Shown here piece after piece: positions 58,275 through 64,000 of a stretch of 64,000 bases of DNA (its first letter is position 1; every line of letters begins with the position of its first letter). Origin of the DNA: a bacterium (GTDB lineage Bacteria > Bacillota > Clostridia > Oscillospirales > Acutalibacteraceae). Below the pieces are notes generated by a model. That model did not search any database. It was not told where the DNA came from and worked only from the letters and a program-made list of their open reading frames with translations. The stretch is from assembly GCA_037368805.1 (NCBI GenBank), contig JAXYDM010000009.1:1851-65850 (forward strand). Reading direction: 5' to 3'. Both the position numbers and the translations under genes were made by a program.

Positions 58275-59615
58275 ATGGAAAGAAATCTTACGACCGGCAG
58301 CGTATTCAAAAATGTAATCTTTTTCTCACTGCCCTATCTGCTCTCATACTTCTTACAGACCCTCTACGGCATGGCGGATCTCTTTATCATCGGCCAATTT
58401 GACGGCACGGCCGCAACAACCGCCGTATCTATCGGCTCGCAGGTGATGCATATGCTCACCGTGATGATCGTCGGCCTCGCAATGGGCACAACGGTCAGCG
58501 TCGGGCAGGCCGTCGGCGGCAGCGACCGCAAAAGAGCCTCAAAATGCGTCGGCAACACCGTCACGCTCTTTTTCGGCGTATCCGTCGCCCTGACAGCCGT
58601 GCTGCTCCTGCTCGTAAGGCCGATAGTCTCGGTCATGTCCACCCCCGCCGAGGCGGTCAACGGCACGATTGATTATCTCACCGTCTGCTTTATCGGCATC
58701 CCGTTCATTACGGCGTATAACATAATAAGCTCCGTATTCAGAGGTATGGGCGACTCAAAAAGCCCGATGTATTTCATCGCCGTTGCCTGCGCCGCAAATA
58801 TCGCCCTCGACTATCTCTTCATGGGCGCACTCAATTTAGGCCCCACCGGTGCAGCCCTCGGCACGACCCTTTCCCAGGCGATAAGCGTGATAATTTCGCT
58901 CGCCGTCATTGTCAAGCGGGGTGAGATCAAGCTGAGCCGCAGCGACCTGCGCCCGCAGCGCGAGGTGATGGGTCAGCTGCTCAAAATCGGCGTGCCCGTT
59001 GCGCTGCAGGACGGTTTGATCCAGGTGGGCTTCATCGTGATAACCATAATTGCGAATAACCGAGGTCTGACCGACGCGGCGGCGGTGGGCATTGTGGAGA
59101 AGGTCATCAGCTTCCTCTTCCTTGTGCCGTCCTCAATGCTCTCGACTGTCTCCGCCCTCGGCGCTCAAAATATCGGCGCAAACAAGCCCGAGCGAGCCGA
59201 GCAGACCCTGCGCTACGGAATTCTCATCGCCTTCGGCTTCGGAGTTATCGTCTCGGTGATAATTCAGTTCGTTGCCGAGCCTGTGGTGGGGCTGTTTAAC
59301 AAAGACCCCGCCGTTATCACAGCCGGCGGGCAATATCTCAGAGGATATATTCTCGACTGCGCCATGGCGGGCATCCACTTCTGCTTCAGCGGTTATTTCT
59401 GCGCCTGCGGACGCTCGGGGCTGTCGTTCCTGCACAACGTCCTCTCGCTCACGCTCGCCCGCGTACCCGGCGCATACCTGATGTCCAAATTCTTTCCCGC
59501 AACGCTCTTCCCGATGGGTCTTGCCACGGCGGTAGGCTCATTGGTGTCGGTGATAGTCTGCGTTATCGCATTCGCCGTGATGAAACACCGCAGTAAAATC
59601 AAAACGGAGGCGTAA
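58275..59615 (+). CDS. MATE family efflux transporter
   Basis: ATG at 58275 follows AAGGAAG. Starts MERNLTTGSVFKNVIFFSLPYLLSYFLQTLYGMADLFIIGQ. 12 TM helices. Confidence 0.9.
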   Translation: MERNLTTGSVFKNVIFFSLPYLLSYFLQTLYGMADLFIIGQFDGTAATTAVSIGSQVMHMLTVMIVGLAMGTTVSVGQAVGGSDRKRASKCVGNTVTLFFGVSVALTAVLLLLVRPIVSVMSTPAEAVNGTIDYLTVCFIGIPFITAYNIISSVFRGMGDSKSPMYFIAVACAANIALDYLFMGALNLGPTGAALGTTLSQAISVIISLAVIVKRGEIKLSRSDLRPQREVMGQLLKIGVPVALQDGLIQVGFIVITIIANNRGLTDAAAVGIVEKVISFLFLVPSSMLSTVSALGAQNIGANKPERAEQTLRYGILIAFGFGVIVSVIIQFVAEPVVGLFNKDPAVITAGGQYLRGYILDCAMAGIHFCFSGYFCACGRSGLSFLHNVLSLTLARVPGAYLMSKFFPATLFPMGLATAVGSLVSVIVCVIAFAVMKHRSKIKTEA

Positions 59616-59617
59616 AA

Positions 59618-60439
59618 ATGGATATGCCGAGGCTTTTCCCTATAGGCGAGGTCGCGAAGCTCTTTAATCTGAGCGTCAGCAACCTGCGCCACTATGACAA
59701 CACCGGCCTGCTCTCACCCGAATACACCGACCCCGAGACGGGCTACCGCTACTACGGCCCCCGCCAATTCGAGGCGCTGAACACGATAAGGTATCTGCGC
59801 GCGCTGGATATGCCGCTCCCCGATATCGAGGACTTTCTGAGGAACCGCGACGTTGATATAATCGAAGAGAAGCTCCGCCGCCAGAAACAAGCGGTCATTG
59901 AGAAGCAAAAGCGGCTTGAGCTGATCGAGCGGAAGATCGACAATCGCCTGCGCTGCCTACACGACGCCCAAAGCTCGGATTTCGACATCGTAACCGAGGT
60001 CAAAGTCCCCTCCTGCCGCATAGTCTGGATGAGCGACAATCTCAGCCCCAAGACCTTCCTCGACATGGAGCCGTCTATCCGCAGGCTCGAGGGTTCGCAG
60101 GCGGAGGCGGTCGTATTCCTCGGCAAGGTCGGCATCGGAATCTCTGAAAAGCATCTGAACGAGCGCCGCTTCGGGCAATACGACGGCATATTCCTGCTGC
60201 TCGACGATGAGGACAGCTTCGACGGCGAGGTGACCCGCCTGCCGGAATGCGGCTGCGTGCGTATACGCTTCTGCGGCAGCCACACCGAGGCGCCCGAGCG
60301 CTACGAAAAGCTGATGGACTATATCGCCGCCCAAAGCCTGCGCCCCGTCGGTTTCTCGCGGGAGATAACGATGATAGACTACGGCCTCACCGCCGACCCG
60401 GATAAATTCGTCACAGAGATAAGCATTCCCGTGGAGTGA
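59618..60439 (+). CDS. MerR family regulator with GyrI-like effector domain (BmrR-type)
   Basis: 273 aa. Contains FPIGEVAKLFNLSVSNLRHYDNTGLL and a coiled-coil linker. Lies 2 nt after the MATE stop. Confidence 0.85.
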   Translation: MDMPRLFPIGEVAKLFNLSVSNLRHYDNTGLLSPEYTDPETGYRYYGPRQFEALNTIRYLRALDMPLPDIEDFLRNRDVDIIEEKLRRQKQAVIEKQKRLELIERKIDNRLRCLHDAQSSDFDIVTEVKVPSCRIVWMSDNLSPKTFLDMEPSIRRLEGSQAEAVVFLGKVGIGISEKHLNERRFGQYDGIFLLLDDEDSFDGEVTRLPECGCVRIRFCGSHTEAPERYEKLMDYIAAQSLRPVGFSREITMIDYGLTADPDKFVTEISIPVE

Positions 60440-60485
60440 CCGAAACGGCGGTATATGTAATGTATTAAATAAAAGGGGATATCAT

Positions 60486-61253
60486 ATGTCCGACTGGAAT
60501 TCATCTCAGTATATGAAATTCGGCAGGGAGCGCACTCAGCCCTCCGCCGACCTGATAAACCGTCTCGGCGGCATCACGCCCGCCCGAGTTCTCGACCTCG
60601 GCTGCGGTCCCGGCAACAGCACAGCAGCACTCGCAGAGCGTTTCACCGGCTCCGAGATACTCGGCATTGACTACTCCGAGGACATGCTTGCACGGGCGCG
60701 GGAGACCCACCCCAAACTTGAATTCGTCAGATGCAGCGTGCCCGACGAGCTCGACCGCATTGACGGTGAATTCGATTTGATATTCTCAAACGCCTGCATT
60801 CATTGGATCCCGGGTCAGGCGGCGCTGCTGAAGGCTCTCTTCGGCAAGCTAAGCAGCGGCGGCACGCTGGCTGTGCAGATACCGCTCATTCAGCACGCCC
60901 TCTTTTATCGTCTGCTTGATGAGCTTGTTGCCGACGGCGGATGGCAGCGGCTCTCCGAAGTGCACAATTTCCACAACCTGCTCCCCGAGGAATACTATGA
61001 CCTGCTCGGCGAACTGAGCAGCGGCTTTGCGATATGGGAGACGACATATTATCACACCGTCCAGTCGCCCGACGGGGTCATAGAGTGGTATAAGGGCAGC
61101 GGCCTGCGACCCTATATTGACCTGCTCGACAGCGGTGAAAAAGAGGAATTCCTTGCCGATCTGCGCAGCACCGTAGCCGCAAACTTCCCCTCCCGCCAAA
61201 ACGGCTCGGTCATATTAAAAACGCCACGCCTCTTCTTCACGGCGGTGAAATGA
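60486..61253 (+). CDS. tam: trans-aconitate 2-methyltransferase-like SAM-dependent methyltransferase
   Basis: 255 aa. Contains WNSSQYMKFGRERTQPSADLI and SAM motif VLDLGCGPGNST. Confidence 0.75.
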   Translation: MSDWNSSQYMKFGRERTQPSADLINRLGGITPARVLDLGCGPGNSTAALAERFTGSEILGIDYSEDMLARARETHPKLEFVRCSVPDELDRIDGEFDLIFSNACIHWIPGQAALLKALFGKLSSGGTLAVQIPLIQHALFYRLLDELVADGGWQRLSEVHNFHNLLPEEYYDLLGELSSGFAIWETTYYHTVQSPDGVIEWYKGSGLRPYIDLLDSGEKEEFLADLRSTVAANFPSRQNGSVILKTPRLFFTAVK

Positions 61254-61260
61254 CAACACC

Positions 61261-61293
61261 AAATGCCCCCTGCCATAAAGACAGGGGGCATTT
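61261..61293. terminator. bidirectional terminator between tam and the Ig-repeat gene
   Basis: AAATGCCCCCTG (61261-61272) / CAGGGGGCATTT (61282-61293). Confidence 0.7.
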
Positions 61294-61335
61294 CCTTCAG
61301 TTACGATATGTGCTAAAAATTCTAATCATTTCAGC

Positions 61336-64000
61336 TTACTTGCTTTCATTCTTTTTGCGTCTCCTAAAGAAAATAATAAAGAATATAATCAATATCGCCG
61401 CTCCAATTGCACTGAAGAAGCTCCATTTGAACACCGGGTTTACCCAAAGAATAATCCATCCACTCGGAGAAACCGTAACATTAAAGTAATCATTGCCTGA
61501 AACATATTCGTTTCCTGACTTGTCGGTGCATATTATCTCGACATTCTGATACATCCCCTCTCCAAGTTCAAACGTCAGCTTATTACCATTTGCTTCAAGC
61601 TCAGAAATAAGCTCATTTCCGAAAAGGTCAATAGGTATCGCGATAACAGTGCCCTTGTCATCTTTAACAACTACTTTGATCGAGTAGATTTTTCCCGCAT
61701 CGTCTGTGGGAATAATTGTAACAAGCTGCTTGTCGGTCTGATATCTTCCGTCTTTTGTGAGTCCAGATACTGTAACACTTGGAGCCGTTTTATCGACAAG
61801 GAATGATACTTCTGCATTCCTTATATCGCTGAACGACATTGTTTCTGCCTTGTCTACCGAAGAAACAACCACGTTATACTCACCCTCTGTCGCAAAAAGC
61901 TCCGAATCTATCGAGTAAGTATACTTATTCCAAGTGTCTCCGCCGCCCGACCTTGTTATCGTGTAATCTTTACCTTGGACAAGTGTCTTCTGATTCAGCT
62001 TAACCTCATGGGATGTAAGCTGATCTACATTTGTTTCAATGATCACAATATTGTTGTCGATGCTGCCAAGATAGTATTTGTCAACTATGCTACGGGTATA
62101 ATTATCGAGCATAAACGTTGAACCGTTTCTGTTGACCGAGAACATTACTCGCGCCAGTTGAGCGTTACCGGAATCAGAGACAATCATCACATCGTTGACA
62201 TTTCCGGATCGGTCAGTTGTTTTACAAGTAAGAGTATATATTGCGTCCTTTTCGAGATTCTCGACAGTGCAGAAATAACTCTTTCCGCTCTCGACAGTTT
62301 GGATTGATCCAAGATTTATACTCTCTGTCACAAACGCTCCATTTTCGTTCATAACTACCGCCGTAAGTTGAGGCTTAAACTCGGCAATGTCAAGGTTCGT
62401 ATCAGTCGCACTTATTCTGAAGCCAATCCTCGCACCTTTGTTTGCCGATTCATTCTTTATGCCGCTTACAGTTACAACCGGCTTCGTTCTGTCAATGACA
62501 AGCTGACCGGATTCGTAATCAGGCATTGTGTTCTTTGAGCGATCTCTGTACGAAACTGCAACTTTATATTCGCCATCCGCAGATATCGTCAGAGTGCTTG
62601 ACCATACATCTCCACTCTGAGACCATTTGCCTGTAGAAACTACACTTCCGTTAACAGTAACCACAACATCTTCGGGATAAAAGTTTGCTTCAGTTATTTG
62701 AATAGACGCAACAATGTCTCCCGAGTAATACGAAACTCCGTTTACCGTACCGACCGGCTGATTAAATGTTATCTGTGCAACCGGAGCAATATTGTCGACA
62801 ACCAACGTGCGATTATCTGCCAAAGTTTCAGATACGTTCCCCGCTCTGTCCGTCGCACTAAACCTCACGGTTCCCTTGAACTGATTTGCCACATCAAGCA
62901 CCTGTCTGGGGATATCAAAATATGCCGTCGCTGTCTTGCCGCCATCAGAATAAGAAATATTACTCTCAGAGATTTCTTGGTCAATCAACTCTGCATTTAC
63001 AGCGCTTACGCCAGCTGCTTTTATGTAGCTATACTTAAAGCTGTTAACTCCGGATGTTATATCTCTTGCAGTTATCGTTGCTCTCACTTTGGAATTATAA
63101 AAGCTGAATGCAACTGAGTTGATAACCGTATCAAGAACACTGGTGCTATATGCTATTTTCAAGTTTTCAGGTGCGGTAGTATCAACACTAAAACTATCTT
63201 CTGGGTAATCTGCTGCCTTCCTAAGCGCCAAATCAATATAATCAATATCAAAAGTATAGTTGGCATCCGCAGAATATGTTATCGTCGCAGTATGGACATC
63301 TCCAGATGCGCTCCAACTGCTTTCCTTTTTTAGATACTCTGCATAATTTTCAACATTGACCTTTGCACCGCTTATATCAGTCGCCGTAACAACAGCTGCA
63401 ACATCAGATGCCCTGAAGTTATGCTCCGTTATTGTTATCGTTGCCTTTTGAACATTGTCATAGTATTTCCGTTTATCGATCGTTTTTATAACCTTATCTG
63501 GTGAATAAGTAACCTTTATTACTGGATCAACGGTGTCAACTATCACTTCGTTGGAAACATATGAAACCATTCCGTTTTGCGAGCGATCTGTATACTCAAT
63601 GGTAACCACATAGTGTCCGTCTTTTGCAAAGTTCAAAGTTCCTATCCAAAGGTCTCCGCTCTGACTCCAGTTGCTGATGTTCGTGCGTTCACCGTTAACC
63701 TTTACAATAACATCCTCTGGGTAGAAGTTCGCTTCATTTATTCTGATTGTTGCAGTTGCCGTTGCATCATAATAAATCTTGTATTTGCTTCCTTCGGTTT
63801 TATAATTATAATTTGCAAAAGTTGAGTTATCCGATGCCTGAAGTACTTGCTTTGCGGGGCTGAACTCCACCTCCCTAGTGGGAGCTATTGTATCGATTAC
63901 AACCATGGTGCCGTCGTCCCTGTACTCCGGCGAAGAATTTCCGGCTTTATCCACAGCGGAAACGGTTATATTCCCATAATACTGTCCATTACTGCCTGAA
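61336..64000 (-). CDS. large Ig-like-repeat cell-surface protein with C-terminal TM anchor (5' end beyond window)
   Basis: The frame stays open to position 64000. There are at least 8 repeats of about 100 aa, each ending D(K/R)xGN (DKAGN, DRAGN, DRSGN, DKSGN). C-terminal TM helix is followed by RRRKKNESK. G+C is visibly lower than the core genome. Confidence 0.75.
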   Translation of the reverse strand, partial: SGSNGQYYGNITVSAVDKAGNSSPEYRDDGTMVVIDTIAPTREVEFSPAKQVLQASDNSTFANYNYKTEGSKYKIYYDATATATIRINEANFYPEDVIVKVNGERTNISNWSQSGDLWIGTLNFAKDGHYVVTIEYTDRSQNGMVSYVSNEVIVDTVDPVIKVTYSPDKVIKTIDKRKYYDNVQKATITITEHNFRASDVAAVVTATDISGAKVNVENYAEYLKKESSWSASGDVHTATITYSADANYTFDIDYIDLALRKAADYPEDSFSVDTTAPENLKIAYSTSVLDTVINSVAFSFYNSKVRATITARDITSGVNSFKYSYIKAAGVSAVNAELIDQEISESNISYSDGGKTATAYFDIPRQVLDVANQFKGTVRFSATDRAGNVSETLADNRTLVVDNIAPVAQITFNQPVGTVNGVSYYSGDIVASIQITEANFYPEDVVVTVNGSVVSTGKWSQSGDVWSSTLTISADGEYKVAVSYRDRSKNTMPDYESGQLVIDRTKPVVTVSGIKNESANKGARIGFRISATDTNLDIAEFKPQLTAVVMNENGAFVTESINLGSIQTVESGKSYFCTVENLEKDAIYTLTCKTTDRSGNVNDVMIVSDSGNAQLARVMFSVNRNGSTFMLDNYTRSIVDKYYLGSIDNNIVIIETNVDQLTSHEVKLNQKTLVQGKDYTITRSGGGDTWNKYTYSIDSELFATEGEYNVVVSSVDKAETMSFSDIRNAEVSFLVDKTAPSVTVSGLTKDGRYQTDKQLVTIIPTDDAGKIYSIKVVVKDDKGTVIAIPIDLFGNELISELEANGNKLTFELGEGMYQNVEIICTDKSGNEYVSGNDYFNVTVSPSGWIILWVNPVFKWSFFSAIGAAILIIFFIIFFRRRKKNESK

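Overview
High-G+C Clostridia-type chromosomal segment; the taxon is inferred from gene content, Gram-positive SD sites and sporulation-related genes. About 55 genes are mostly housekeeping. They include hom-aspartokinase, an EF-G paralog, a murD/murL-like pair, hflX, glyA, alaX, pgk-tpiA-gpmI, a TPP riboswitch-thiT unit, rpsO-pnp, gltX-glnS, mnmA, a GH127 hydrolase, an OmpR-type two-component system, perR-rubrerythrin and a MATE-MerR unit. One tRNA-Arg(CCU) is present; I saw no rRNA and no CRISPR array. Two regions look accessory by eye: a roughly 1.9 kb AT-rich decayed mobile-element remnant at about 22.2-24.1 kb, and a lower-G+C Ig-repeat surface protein gene at the right edge. The remnant carries a 5'-truncated tyrosine recombinase, an ADP-ribosyltransferase toxin tail with a possible immunity gene, and phage-like scraps. 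Four signals stand out. (1) A lower-G+C RAYT/IS200-like HUH gene is wedged between pgk and tpiA. It carries inside its own ORF a 26-nt inverted pair of REP-like GTAG-hairpins, whose two peptide read-outs are reverse-complement images. (2) An array of seven to eight 'GTGAAAT + unique mini-hairpin' modules, in mirror arrangement, lies next to tRNA-Arg. (3) A 26-nt duplication of the tRNA-Arg 3' end bounds a 132-nt structured mini-insert. (4) A murD gene overlaps a 456-aa PP-loop-like gene, matching the MurD2/MurL L-Glu ligase/epimerase route. All functional calls come from reading the translations and sequence by eye; no searches were run.
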